From Eledone cirrhosa (lineage: Eukaryota), in contig OZ024761.1 in the NCBI GenBank assembly GCA_964016885.1, forward strand, positions 5,332,001-5,396,000: a stretch of DNA of 64,000 bases. The letters are read 5' to 3'. The position numbers and the translations under genes are program-made. This document shows positions 1 to 13,747 of the stretch, one piece after another. The stretch's first letter is position 1, and the number at the start of each line of letters is the position of its first letter. The notes under the pieces are model-generated. The model was not told where the DNA came from and did no database searches. It saw nothing but the letters and a program-made list of their open reading frames with translations.

Positions 1-189
1 AACACATACAGCTGTGACAAATCTTAGAACGCTGGACCTCTATAGTTTCTCATCCTCCTCCTTCCTCTGTCATCACATAGAGGTGTGTGTATGTAATAAT
101 TATTTTTTCTAAGTGTCTGTTTATATATATGTATGTGTAGTTGCGTGTGTGTTTGTAATTCTATTATCTATGTATCTTTCTAAATAAAC

Positions 190-895
190 ACTTCGTCATC
201 TCCTCTGTGAGTTTCAGCGATCTGAGGTCAGTTCTTACCACCTCTGCCCATGTTTTTTGTGGTCTACTTCTACTGCGTCTTCCTTCTACTGAGATTTCTT
301 GGCACTTCTTCATCCAGCGGTCATCCTCCATGTGCATCACATGTCCATACCAACGCAGTCTTCTTTCCCGTACACTACAGTTTATCCCTCTTATACCCAG
401 TTTCTCTCTCAACACATCCATGCTTGGTTGTTCATGCACATTGACATTGCACATCCAACGGAGCATACTTGCTTCATTTCTCTCCAGCCGTCGCATATCC
501 TCTGCAGTTGCCGCCCATGTCTCTCTACCATGCAGCATCGCGCATCTCACACAGGCATCGTATAACCGCCCTTTCGTTCGCAGGAAGAAACCCTTCGTTG
601 TCAACAGAGGAAGCAGCTCCCTAAACTTCTTCCAACCCGTCCTTATTCTTGATACTATGGCCTCGGAGCACCCTCCTCGCTTGCTAATCTGATCACCTAA
701 GTACCGGAAGCTATCAACCACCTCTATAGATCCCACCTGCATTTGAGAAATGTGTCTATCACTGCCAATTCTATCAAATTTACCTGTACATCTACTGCAT
801 ATGTAGTTTTCCCTACCTGTTAGCTTCCCCGCTACCCCACTACACCTCTTGTGTACCCAAGATTTGCATTGTGTACATTTTATAGAATGTATGCC
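190..895 (-). pseudogene. RTE-clade LINE 3' fragment
   Basis: VVDSFRYLGD, RIRTGWKKFREL, RRLRWYGHVM and RPQKTWAEVV; includes a Cys-rich CTQCKSWVHKRC...CSRC segment. Confidence 0.85.
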
Positions 896-1002
896 AACTC
901 TAATATAATTTACACAAACACACATACACACACACACACAAACACTCACATAATCATAACAGCCAATAAGTGTAGCCAATTCGCTATACCTATATACACA
1001 CA

Positions 1003-1300
1003 CACCCCTTCCTTCCTCAGTCGACGTCATCACCCCTTCCTTCCTCAGTCGACGTCATCACCCCTTCCTTCCTCAGTCGACGTCATCACCCCTTCCTTCC
1101 TCAGTCGACGTCATCACCTCTTCCTTCCTCAGTCGACGTCATCACCCCTTCCTTCCTCAGTCGACGTCATCACCCCTTCCTTCCTCAGTTGACGTCATCA
1201 CCCCTTCCTTCCTCAGTCGACGTCATCACCCCTTCCTTCCTCAGTCGACGTCATCACCCCTTCCTTCCTCAGTTGATATAATCACCCCTTCCTGTCTCAG
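1003..1300. repeat. 28-bp minisatellite
   Basis: (caccccttccttcctcagtcgacgtcat) about 10 copies. Confidence 0.95.
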
Positions 1301-1657
1301 TCATCTCTACTGCATTAGGGACAAATACACATGGCTATTGTGCCTAAAGTAGAAACAATTATATTAGTAGATGGGGTGGTGGATTAGCAGTATCGGTAGA
1401 GAGTCGGACGCCATGCTTTGCAGCATAGAGTTACCTCCCTTTATGGTCTGAGTTCAAATCCCGCCGAGGTTAACTTTGCCTTTTATCCTTACGGGGTCGA
1501 TAAAATAAAGTACCAGTAATGTACTGAGATAATTGTTGGCCTTGTGCCAATAGAAGAAACAAGTATATTAGTAGACTGTTTTACAACCCCTACAGTGACT
1601 CCCAGATTGTTGTGGAGAGAATAACAACTGAGACATGTTTAGACTTAGTAAAGAATG

Positions 1658-2780
1658 GCTACCCCCTGGTGAGTGGTTAGCTGACCAGTAGCACCTTGTA
1701 GAGGAGACCCAGGAGGGGGATAGCTACCCCCTGGTGCGTGGTTAGCTGACCAGTAGCACCTTGTAGAGGAGACCCAGGAAGGGAATAGCTACCCTCTGGT
1801 GCGTGGTTAGCTGACCAGTAGCACCTTGTAGAGCAGTCCCAGGAGGGGGATAGCTACCCTCTGGTGCGTGGTTAGCTGACCAGTAGCACCTTGTAGAGGA
1901 GACCCAGGAGGGGAATAGCTACCCTCTGGTGCGTGGTTAGCTGACCAGTAGCACCTTGTAGAGGAGTCTCAGGAGGGGGATAGCTACCCTCTGGTGCGTG
2001 GTTAGCTGACCAGTAGCACCTTGTAGAGGAGACCCAGGAGGGGAATAGCTACCCTCTGGTGCATGGTTAGCTGACCAGTAGCACCTTGTAGAGGAGTCCC
2101 AGGAGGGGGATAGCTACCCTCTGGTGCGTGGTTAGCTGACCAGTAGCACCTTGTAGAGGAGTCCCAGGAGGGGAATAGCTACCCTCTGGTGAGTGGTTAG
2201 CTGACCAGTAGCACCTTGTAGAGGAGTCCCAGGAGGGGAATAGCTACCCTCTGGTGAGTGGTTAGCTGACCAGTAGCACCTTGTAGAGGAGTCCCAGGAG
2301 GGGAATAGCTACCCTCTGGTGAGTGGTTAGCTGACCAGTAGCACCTTGTAGAGGAGTCCCAGGAGGGGGATTGCTACCCTCTGGTGAGTGGTTAGCTGAC
2401 CAGTAGCACCTTGTAGAGGAGTCCCAGGAGGGGGATAGCTACCCTCTGGTGCGTGGTTAGCTGACCAGTAGCACCTTGTAGAGGAGACCCAGGAGGGGAA
2501 TAGCTACCCCCTGGTGCGTGGTTAGCTGACCAGTAGCACCTTGTAGAGGAGTCCCAGGAGGGGAATAGCTAGACTGACCAGTAGCACATTGTAGGGGAGC
2601 CCCAGGAGGGGAATAGCTAGACAGACCAGTAGCCCCTTGTAGGGGAGCCCCAGGAGGGGAATAGCTAGACTGACCAGTAGCACCTTGTAGAGGAGCCCCA
2701 GGAGGGGAATAGCTACTCCCTGGTGTGTCATTAGTTGACTGACCAGTAGCACTTTGTAGAGGAGCACCAGGAGGGGAATG
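1658..2780. repeat. 65-bp minisatellite
   Basis: gctaccctctggtgcgtggttagctgaccagtagcaccttgtagaggagtcccaggaggggaata, with shortened units at the 3' end. Confidence 0.95.
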
Positions 2781-3471
2781 GCTTCATTAAGTTACTATTT
2801 AGATAGGTCTGATGTTGACTTCTAATTTTGGCACAAGGCCAGCAAATTTGGGGGAAGGCCATGGTTGAATCTACCACAGTATTTCACTGCTACTTTATAG
2901 ACTAAGTTGACCTTGGTGGGATTTGAACTCAGAATGTAAAGAGACAGAACAAATACTGCAATGACATTTTATCTGATCTTCTTTTCTTTGCCCACTTCTT
3001 CCTGAGGGGGTCATTGGGGCAGAGTCCTCAAACACTCCCTCCAGCAGGTCCTGTCACAAGCAAATGTCTCCAACTGATCTGGCTGGATCCCTAAGTGTGA
3101 CCAGCCAAGCTCATGGATGTTATCCAACCATCTTGCTCAGGGTCTGCCCCTGGGTCTCCTATCTGTTGGTTTCACCTGTAAAATCTGTCCAGACATTCTT
3201 TCCTGAGACATTCTAACCACATGCCCATAGTATTGGACATTTTATCAGATACTCCACAAAATTCTGCCAATCCACCACCCCTTAAAATTTCAAAAGAAAT
3301 TAAGGTTCCTGTGAGTTTTGAACTCATGACCCTTTGTATGTTAAGCATGCTAACCACTAGACTACAGGACCACATGATAGGTATGTAGAGGGGAGGGAAG
3401 GGTGGTTGTTTAGATAACAACAACAACCAAGTAGTTATATACATCACTGTTCTCTCAATATATATATTTAC

Positions 3472-3733
3472 CTGATCATGGCGAAGTAATTCTTTGTGAG
3501 ATGTGCCAATATCTGTAAAGATTCCAAACGTATTGGAACAGGTTCTGTAGTGGGAGCAGCACTGCTATCATTGGTGGTCACCTGCTGAGGTAAGATGTTC
3601 TGTACACACAGTGTTATCAACCAAGAGGTATTCTGCAACTGGCTCTGTATATTTATGTCTTGAAACAACACGGGAGTCTGTAACCCGGAGGGAGTCTTGA
3701 TGGGAGTAAGAGGCTCACTTGATGGAAAACTGC
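3472..3733 (-). CDS. HEATR6: HEATR6 exon 13 (gene continues beyond window start)
   Basis: ttttcag|(G)SFPSSEP...SWLITLCV...EPVPIRLESLQILAHLTKNYFAMI|gtaaat; EP.P.RLE.LQ.L motif. Confidence 0.9.
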
Positions 3734-5204
3734 CTGAAAAGAGTTAGATGAAATGACGCAGGTGAGAAGAGGAAGAGTTTGAAGAAATATCGAGGTCTTA
3801 TATTAACAAGAAGCCTTAAATGTAGAGGAAAAGGTAGACATACATTATATTGTGTGAGTATACACTCTGTATCTCATCAGGCATCACATACTACTCTGAT
3901 TTGTGGTCTTCCTGGTCATTGTATCACAGATACTCCATAGATATGTAAAGTGGTTGTCAATAGGAGGGGTACCTCACTGTAGAACCCATGCCTATGATGG
4001 TTAAAAGGACCGTTCAGTTGTGACAATGGCATGACAACCTATCTAATGTTGGTGATCTACACAATAAACATACCTACTACATGTTGTAAAGTGGTTGGTG
4101 ATAGGAACGGTATCTAACTAGTGTAATGGTACATAGCTAGTGTAATGGTAGGAACAGTATCTAACTAGTGTAATGGTATGTAGCTAGTGTAATGGTATCT
4201 AACTAGTGTAATGGTATTTTAGTGAATTGGTCATCATCATCATCATCATCATCATCATCACCGTTTTACGTCCGTTCTTCCACGCTAGCATGGGTTAGAC
4301 GGGTTGTCCTGTTGTGGGCAGTGTCTGGTCGGCTGACCATGCCTTGCTCATACAGGAACTGATTTGGCTTGATTTCTACAGCTGGATGCCCTTCCTAACA
4401 CCAACCTCATTTACAGTGAGTGCTGGGTGCTTTTTCGTGGCGCCTACACGTCCACTTTACACTGTGGGCTGGGTGCTTTTTTGCCATGGCACCTCCACGA
4501 CCACCTTGCGGTGGGGGGTGTGGGGGCATATTGTCTATATGCTTCAGCTTGTACCCATGGGAGGTCGGGTACTCTGTATTACTGCGTGACGCCAGAGGTC
4601 ACGGTCGTGTGTCATTGCCTTTGAGAGGTGTAATTGGGTAAGGTCGGCTTTTATCACAGGGTTATTTACTTCAGTAAATACCACTGCATGCCAACCACTA
4701 ATTTAACTTGTTTAGAATTATCTCTCTACACTTGAAGTAATTAATTGAAGCATGACGAATATCTCAAAACGAGTATCAATAACAATGTGTATTTTATTGT
4801 AGTGTGCTTATTACAATTTGGTAGTAAAACATACCTTGTGACATGATAGAAGTTTAATCCTGAAATACAAGATAGGATTGGAAAAAGCTTAACATATCTG
4901 TGCTTGGTGTGGTCAGTTCTCTTTGCTCTTTCTTTTATAATCTCTGGAACGGAAGTTCAAGGAATATTCTAGAAATTCTACGGGAAGTAACTCTAGCTAC
5001 TTCCCTTTGTCTAGAGAGCGCTACAGTATCTAACTAGTGTAATGGTATGTAGCTGGTATAATGGTAAAATACACTCAGTAGAGAACAAGACCGTACATAA
5101 ACAAGATGCAGACAACTGTCTGGTAAGTCAGTAGGTCTGCTTCACTACTGAATCAGCCTGTGAAGAGTCATCCAACTCTCGCTAGAGGGACAGTGGATGT
5201 TATA

Positions 5205-5605
<401 letters not shown>

Positions 5606-5611
5606 TATATA

Positions 5612-5674
<63 letters not shown>

Positions 5675-6234
5675 TAATTCATGAAAAAAGAGATAGTTGA
5701 TTTGTAATCAACTGATTCTTATATGTAACAGATGCCAAACACTCAACAATATAAATTTATCCGTAGAATTATTATAATAATAGTAATAAACGAAAGATAT
5801 ATACAAATGTGTTGTTTCCTTGAGCAAGACACTTTATTTCACATTGCTCCAGTTTACTCAGCTGTAAAAATGAGATGATAGGGACTGGGGTCCCTATCAT
5901 TCCACTGCAAAGTGGTCGTGGAGGTGCCACGGCAAAAAAGCACCCAGCACTCACTGTAAATGAGGTTGGTGTTAGGAAGGGCATCCAGCTGTAGAAATCA
6001 AGCCAGAATCAGTTCCCGTCCCACCCTTGCAAGCAGGGAAAAGCGGACGTAAAATGATGATGATGATGATGATGATGATGATGTTGATGATGATGATATA
6101 TGTTTTATGTGTTATGTATTTCCATAGAAAAGGTAAATGAAAGAAGAGTGCTCTATGTATAATACAGAGCTATTTAATTATGTATTAAACAACACAATAT
6201 AATTATTCCATTATATTGTGTTGTTTATCATATG

Positions 6235-6273
<39 letters not shown>

Positions 6274-6416
6274 TGTAAATGAGGTTGGTGTTAGGAAGGG
6301 CATCCAGCTGTAGAAAACCCGCCAGACAGTCCTATGTGAGCAATGACAACCACTCTTGCCTCAAGTGGGAAAACTCCCGTCCAAACCCATGCAAGCGTGG
6401 AACATGGACGTTAAAC

Positions 6417-6449
<33 letters not shown>

Positions 6450-6704
6450 ATATATATACTATATTATTTATTTATGTTCAGACATGGAACAAAAGCAATA
6501 CCCAAGGTTTCAAAGCCAAAATTTGACCATACCTCCAGAAAACAAGAGACATCAAATTAGGGACCTTTCTTCAGGTACTTATATATAAATGTGTGAGTGG
6601 GTGTACCCATGTTTGTTTATGTCAATATAATTGCAGTTCCCCAGCATGGCCATGGTCTAATGACTGAAACAAGTTAAAGAGTAATAGAAACACAATATCC
6701 ATAC

Positions 6705-6959
6705 CATATTTCATGTGATTCTGTTGGTTTGGTAGCATATCGACATCAGAAGCATCTCCAGGTGGGAGCAGTTCCTTGTTGTAGGCAGCACCAGTTTCAT
6801 CGGTCATATCATTGTTACTATTGTAGTCAGATGGTAACGCCATCGTACCTCCTGATGGAGGTTTTAGAGACTGAACAATGTAGCAGACTTCGGCCAAGGC
6901 AGGTTGTAAACTGACAATGGCACCGAAGCATGTCAGACAAGCCACGCGGATATTAGGGT
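6705..6959 (-). CDS. HEATR6: HEATR6 exon 12
   Basis: tttcag|(D)PNIRVACLTCFGAIVSLQPALAEV...NHMKY|gtatgg; 255 bp, phase 1/1. Confidence 0.88.
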
Positions 6960-7086
6960 CTGAAATATAGAGAAAAGAATGGTGAAATTGGTGTGGGGTG
7001 TAGGTATGGTTGGGCAAGAGGATGGAGAGGGCATGGAGACTAACACATGTAGCAGATACTCTCTGATGGGTTTCTTGTTGGACCCC

Positions 7087-7968
7087 ATAGTAGTGGTTAC
7101 ATCTGGTGTCCTATAGTAGTGGTCACATCTGGTGTCCTATAGTAGTGGTTACATCTGGTGTCCTATAGTAGTCGACACATCTGGTGTCCTATAGTAGTGG
7201 TCACATCTGGTGTCCTATAGTAGTGGACACATCTGGTGTCCTATAGTAGTGGTCACATCTGGTGTCCTATAGTAGTGGACACATCTGGTGTCCTATAGTA
7301 GTCGACACATCTGGTGTCTCACAGTAGTAGTCACATCTGGTGTCCTATAGTAGTGGTCACATCTGGTGTCTCACAGTAGTGGTCACATCTGGTGTCCTAT
7401 AGTAGTGGACACATCTGGTGTCCTATAGTAGTGGTCACATCTGGTGTCCTATAGTAGTGGTCACATCTGGTGTCCTATAGTAGTCGACACATCTGGTGTC
7501 TCACAGTAGTGGTCACATCTGGTGTCCTATAGTAGTGGTCACATCTGGTGTCCTATAGTAGTGGTCACATCTGGTGTCCTATAGTAGTGGTCACATCTGG
7601 TGTCCTATAGTAGTCGACACATCTGGTGTCCTATAGTAGTGGACACATCTGGTGTCCTATAGTAGTGGTCACATCTGGTGTCCTATAGTAGTCGACACAT
7701 CTGGTGTCTCACAGTAGTGGTCACATCTGGTGTCCTATAGTAGTGGTCACATCTGGTGTCCTATAGTAGTGGTCACATCTGGTGTCCTATAGTAGTTGAC
7801 ACATCTGGTGTCTCACAGTAGTGGTCACATCTGGTGTCCTATAGTAGTCGACACATCTGGTGTCTCACAGTAGTGGACATATCTGGTGTCCTATAGTAGT
7901 GGTCACATCTGGTGTCCTATAGTAGTGGACACATCTGGTGTCTCACAGTAGTGGTCACATCTGGTGTC
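7087..7968. repeat. 26-bp minisatellite
   Basis: (ctatagtagtggtcacatctggtgtc)n. Confidence 0.95.
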
Positions 7969-8029
7969 CTGGTCCTCCCTATATCCTGCAAGATGGTCAT
8001 CAGAAATATGCTAACGAAAGTGTGATTAA

Positions 8030-8906
8030 CCCTTTAGCATTTAAACTGGCCAGAATTCTCTCACCTCTTTCAGTTCAAACTGGCCATAACTAGCCCCTCA
8101 TACTGATGTTAAGGTATTGTTCTCAAAATAAATAATATCAAAATCTCCTAGATTTAATATTATGTTAGATTTAATATTATGTTAGATTTAATATGTTAAA
8201 TAAAGCCATTACTGTGAAAATACAATAGTATATATAGAGTAATGTAAATGTTATGTGAGATATTATGTGAGGTAAAGCCTTTACTGTGAAAATACAATAG
8301 TATATATAGAGTAATGTAAATGTTATGTGAGATATTATGTGAGGTAAAGCCTTTACTGTGAAAATACAATAGTATATATAGAGTAATGTAAATGTTATGT
8401 GAGATATTATGTGAGGTAAAGCCTTTACTGTGAAAATACAATAGTATATATAGAGTAATGTAAATGTTATGTGAGATATTATGTGAGGTAAAGCCTTTAC
8501 TGTGAAAATACAATAGTATATATAGAGTAATGTAAATGTTATGTGAGATATTATGTGAGGTAAAGCCTTTACTGTGAAAATACAATAGTATATATAGAGT
8601 AATGTAAATGCTATGTGAGATATTATGTGAGGTGAAGCCTTTACTGTGAAAATACAATAGTATATATAGAGTAATGTAAATGCTATGTGAGATATTATGT
8701 GAGGTGAAGCCTTTACTGTGAAAATACAATAGTATATATAGAGTAATGTAAATGTTATGTGAGTTATTATGTGAGGTAAAACCTTTACTGTGAAAATACA
8801 ATAGTATATATAGAGTAATGTAAATGTTATGTGAGTTATTATGTGAGGTAAAACCTTTACTGTGAAAATACAATAGTATATATAGAGTAATGTGAATGGT
8901 AAAGGG
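8030..8906. mobile_element. TTAA-flanked (piggyBac/T2-like) MITE with an internal 72-bp tandem array
   Basis: TTAA|CCCTTTAGCATT...AATGGTAAAGGG|TTAA with about 9 copies of the 72-bp unit. Confidence 0.8.
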
Positions 8907-8965
8907 TTAAGAAATAAGAAAATTTAAAAGAAGGTAAGAGATGGGTGTTTTGGTGGTATTCATAC

Positions 8966-9065
8966 CTCTGTGTTTGACCAGATACTTCAACTGTTTGACA
9001 ATCCTGGTTAACATGCCAGGTTTCAGTCTGTGGTAAGGGCTGTTGGTCACCAATGTTGAGATACA
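8966..9065 (-). CDS. HEATR6: HEATR6 exon 11
   Basis: tttcag|CISTLVTNSPYHRLKPGMLTRIVKQLKYLVKHR|gtatga; 100 bp, ends in phase 1. Confidence 0.92.
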
Positions 9066-9774
9066 CTGAAACCAGATAAAATACTATCAGATCAAACACA
9101 CAGACACACACAGTCACACACAAACAGACACACACACACAGTCACACACATACAGACACATACACACAGACACATACACACAGACAGAGACAGACACAGA
9201 AGTGGCAAATAACTTGCTGTACTTAAAATGAAACATCAGTTAGTATCAGGGCGGGCATCCAGTCATTGAATGCTGCCTCAACATTTCTCATCCAGCCCAT
9301 ACCAACATAGGAAAGTAGACATAAAATGATGATGATGATGGTGGTGGTGGTGGTGATGGCGGTGATGGTGGTGGTGATGGTGGTGGTGGTGGTGGTGGGG
9401 TGGTGATAGTGGGGGGGGGGTGATAATGGTAGTGGTGATGGTGGTGGTGGTGGTGGTGGTAGTGGTGGTAGTGATGGTGATAATGGTGGTGGTGGTGATA
9501 ATGGTGGTGGTAGTGGTGATAGTGGTGGTAGTGATGGTGGTGATAGTGGGGGTGGTGAAGGTGGTGGTGGTGGTGGTGATGATGATGATGTTGATGGTGA
9601 TAATGGTGGTGATGTTGATGGTGGTAATGGTGGTGGTAGTGATGGTGGTAATGATAATGGTGGTGGTGATGATGATGATGATGATGTTGTTGTTGGTAGT
9701 GAATGTGGTGATGGTGGTAATGATGATACTATATTAAGGGCTCTATTTAAAAAAAGTGGTAAAAATGTACATAC

Positions 9775-9904
9775 TTTAACAAGTTGTGTGAGAGTGAGGG
9801 GGTAGTTCTCAGAGATGACAGCCAGTAACAGACTACGATGGAGTTCTTTCAGAGTTGACCCAAGTACCAGAGAGAATGGTGTGAAGGCGATTCGAACTTG
9901 ATCG
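9775..9904 (-). CDS. HEATR6: HEATR6 exon 10
   Basis: cttcag|(S)DQVRIAFTPFSLVLGSTLKELHRSLLLAVISENYPLTLTQLVK|gtatgt; AFTPFS and ELHR.LLLA motifs. Confidence 0.93.
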
Positions 9905-10069
9905 CTGAAGAATGGATACAAAGGGAGGGAAGAATTTTAGAAACATAAACCTGACATAATGTGGAATGTGAGAATGTCAGAATAAGAGATTACTATAAAG
10001 AACATCAAGACGGTATGATATATTGGTAAAACTCAACAGACATAATGTTACCATCGCATCCAGTCTACC

Positions 10070-10620
10070 GTGTAAAGTGGTAGCACTGGTGCCATAGTAC
10101 ATGGTATAAAGTGGTAGTGTTGGTGCCATAGTACATGGTATAAAGTGGTAGTGTTGGTGCCATAGTACATGGTGTAAAGTGGTAGTGTTGGTGCCATAGT
10201 ACATGGTATAAAGTGGTAGTGTTGGTGCCATAGTACATGGTGTAAAGTGGTAGTGTTGGTGCCATAGTACATGGTATAAAGTGGTAGTACTGGTGCCATA
10301 GTACATGGTGTAAAGTGGTGGTACATGGTGTAAAGTGGTGGTACATGGTGTAAAGTGGTGGTACATGGTGTAAAGTGGTAGTACATGGTGTAAAGTGGTA
10401 GTACATGGTGTAAAGTGGTGGTACATGGTGTAAAGTGGTAGTACATGGTGTAAAGTGGTGGTACATGGTGTAAAGTGGTAGTACATGGTGTAAAGTGGTG
10501 GTACATGGTGTAAAGTGGTGGTACATGGTGTACAGTGGTGGTACATGGTGTAAAGTGGTAGTACATGGTGTAAAGTGGTAGTACTGGTGCCACAAAGGTA
10601 ACTCCTAGTACATGGTATAA
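10070..10620. repeat. Composite 34/20-bp minisatellite
   Basis: gtacatggtgtaaagtggta units. Confidence 0.9.
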
Positions 10621-10774
10621 AGTTATTGGCATTAGGAAGGACATCCAGATGAAGAAATGGAGTGAATAAACAAGATGTTGTCACCTGTCTAGCCTAATAA
10701 TGTGTCAACTTGCCCAACCCATGCTAGCATGGAAAACAGAGATTAAACTGTGATATATATATATATATATATAT

Positions 10775-10908
10775 TTATTAAAATAACAGATTAAAGTTTA
10801 AGCAAAGAATCGCTGCTTTCACCCTTAATGGGATCTTCTGAAACTAAAAGAATCAAAGGGTGAAAGCAGCGATTCTTTGCTTAAACTTTAATCTGTTATT
10901 TTAATAAT
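10775..10908. repeat. Inverted repeat of about 52 bp (foldback)
   Basis: ttattaaaataacagattaaag...ctttcaccctt and its reverse complement with a spacer of about 30 bp, next to (TA)n. Confidence 0.85.
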
Positions 10909-11514
10909 ATTTGCTCTACGGTTCTTATATACTTGATGTATATTTATCCTGACCGGGTGATGTGTTGTTTCCTTGAGCAAGACACTTTATTTCACATTGC
11001 TCCAGTTTACTCAGCTGTAGAAATGAGATGATAAGGACTGGGGTCCCTATCATTCCACTGCAAAGTGGTTGTGGAGGTGCCACGGCAAAAAAGCACCCAG
11101 CACTCACTGTAAATGAGGTTGGTGTTAGGAAGGGCATCCAGCTGTAGAAATCAAGCCAGAGTCAGTTCCCGTATGAGCAATACAAGGTCAGCCGACCGGA
11201 CACTGCCCACAACAGGACAACCCGTCTAACCCATGCTAGCTTGGAAGAACGGACATAAAACAGTGATGATGATATATAGGAAAATGTTGAAGACCCCGAC
11301 GAAACGGCTTGAGCTCTGCCGTCGGGGTCTTGAACATTTTACTATTACCCACTCTACTACCCTAAATACTGAGTACTCTGGTGTATTATGGTCCATCTGG
11401 TTCCTTACCACACTTCCTTCATTATATATATATATATTTATATATACACAAAGTGTTAAAACGATCAAATTTTAGTTTATAACATTTATTTGCTGACAAT
11501 TGTTTCTTCCAGAG

Positions 11515-13747
11515 CAGGGGTCGCCAAACTACGGCCCGCAGGCCGGATCAGGCCTGCGACGTCAGTTCATCAGGCCCACCGATGGTACTTACATTTGCGT
11601 GATAAAACGGATGGAACACGAGATGTTTCTAATTCAATGTCTTTTTCATTTTCAGATCCCGTTTTCTTCACCCTTTATTATGGTTACTAAGAAAAGAAAA
11701 GTGGACACCGAGTGTCGCGTTTTCAATGAAGAATGGGGAGTAAAGTACTTCTTTGTGGAAACAAAGGACCAGAAAGCTAGTTGTGTGGTATGCAGCAAAA
11801 GTGTTGCCGTTTTGAAAGAGCACAATCTTCGGCGTCACTATGAAACAAAACATCTATCAACATATTCAAAGTTTTCTGGAAAGTTACGCTCTGAGAAATA
11901 TGAGTCCATGAAATGTGGTTTAGAAACTCAAAGAAATCTCTTCACAAGAAAGTTTGCTGAAAATGAATCTGTCACTCGTACAAGTTACAAAATAGTGCAT
12001 AAGTTGGCAGAGCGAGGAAAACCGTTTACTGATGGCAACTTCATCAAAGAGTGTATAATGGAAGCAGCAAATGACTTGTGTCCTGAGAAAGCCGATTTGT
12101 TTGGAAGTATCAGCCTTTCGGCAAGTTCAGTTGTGCGGAGAACAGAAGAACTTGGAGAGAACATAGTGCTACAGATACGCGAGAAAGCTAGGAACTTGTT
12201 GTGGTATTCTCTGGCGCTGGATGAGTCTACTGATCTCTCGAGTATGTCACAACTTCTCGTGTTCATTTGTGGTGTCAATTTGGACTTTCAGATAACGGAA
12301 GAGTTGGCATCCGTTTGCTGCATGCATGGAACAACAACTGGAAAAGACATTTTCATGGAAGTGCAGAAAACTTTGCAAGACTATAACCTTCAGTGGAATC
12401 AGCTTCGAGGTGTTACAGTTGATGGAGGAAAAAACATGGCTGGAGTGAGGAAGGGTCTGGTCGGGCAGATCAGGACTCAGTTGGAAGATTTGCAAATTCC
12501 AGACGCTCTGTTCATACACTGCATCATACATCAGCAAGCACTCTGTGGGAAAGACTTGGATATTTCTTGTGTACTGAAACCAGTCGTTTCTGCTGTGAAC
12601 TTTATTCGGGGACATGCACTCAATCACCGTCAGTTCCAGGCTTTTCTTGAAGAAATTGATTCTGATTTCTGTGACTTGCCCTATCACACAGCAGTGAGGT
12701 GGCTCAGCTGCGGTAAAGTCCTGTTTCGTTTTTACAAGCTCCGAAACGAAATGGATGTTTTTCTCACTGAAAAAGATAGAGCTGATCCACAGCTGTCAGA
12801 TCCTACCTGGCTGTCAAAGTTGTCATTTTTGGTCGACATCACATCCCACATGAATGAACTGAACTTGAAATTTCAGGGAAAGGATAACCTCGTCTGTGAT
12901 CTCTACAGAATCATCAAAGGATTTCGGCGGAGAAAGCTGTCATTGTTTGAAGCACAACTGGAAGGAGAAAACTTCTCTCATTTTCACTGTTTCAAAGAGT
13001 TTTGCGCTACAATTGCTGAAGATGTCAACCTCGATTTTCCGAGACTTGAAGAAGCATTTTTTGGAGAGATTTTCAGTGACATTCTTCTGTTCCAGAATCC
13101 GTTTGATTGTAACCTTGATGATGTGCCAGTTGAACTACAGTTGGAGCTCATTGATTTGCAAGCAAATGACTTGTTGAAAGAGAAGCACAGAGAAGGAAAA
13201 CTTGTTGAATTTTACCGCTTCTTACCTGATGTTGAGTTTCCAAAATTGAAAAAATTTGCCGCTGTTTGGAACAACTTATGTCTGTGAGCAAACATTTTAA
13301 AAAATGAAGTATGTGAAGTCAACACATCGAACGAGATTGACTGATGAACATTTGAAAGCAATTCACTTGATTGGATGCAGCAATTCCAAACCAAACATTG
13401 ATGATATCTTGAAAGCCAAACGTCAGTTTCACAAATCTCACTAACCTTTTTTGCTGCTTAGTTTGTAAGATTCGGATATGTGCACACTAGGTCTGATGTA
13501 ACTATATTTTTGCTAACCTCGCCTTCTTTGATAACTTTTTAGTAAATAAATATGTTGGTTGTCTTTGTTTTTTGTGCATTACACGCCACTCACCCATGAT
13601 TAACATGGAATGCTAAACGTAGTGTTTCATCTTTTTTCCCAGAGCTTTCGTTCTGGCTTGCAAGTATTGAACAGAATGATTATGCGGCCCGCGTTCGTCA
13701 TTCTTTCAGTTATTCGGCCTACTGTGAAAAAAGTTTGGTGACCCCTG
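11515..13747 (+). mobile_element. hAT DNA transposon (Buster/SPIN/Charlie type)
   Basis: TIRs CAGGGGTCGCCAAACT and AGTTTGGTGACCCCTG (15/16 match); 8-bp TSD TTCCAGAG at 11507-11514 and 13748-13755. Confidence 0.95.
11680..13443 (+). pseudogene. hAT transposase (GTF2IRD2/SPIN-like), frameshifted
   Basis: BED finger CVVC...RHYETKH, LALDESTD, VDGGKNM, HCIIHQ and VRWLS. The C-terminus (FGTTYVCEQTF*KMKYVK...RLTDEHL) is in another frame and has a premature TAA. Confidence 0.9.

Noticed and set aside
4835-4859. Possible 25-bp HEATR6 microexon (ag...gt on the minus strand)
   Set aside because: It would break the phase 1/1 join between exons 12 and 13.
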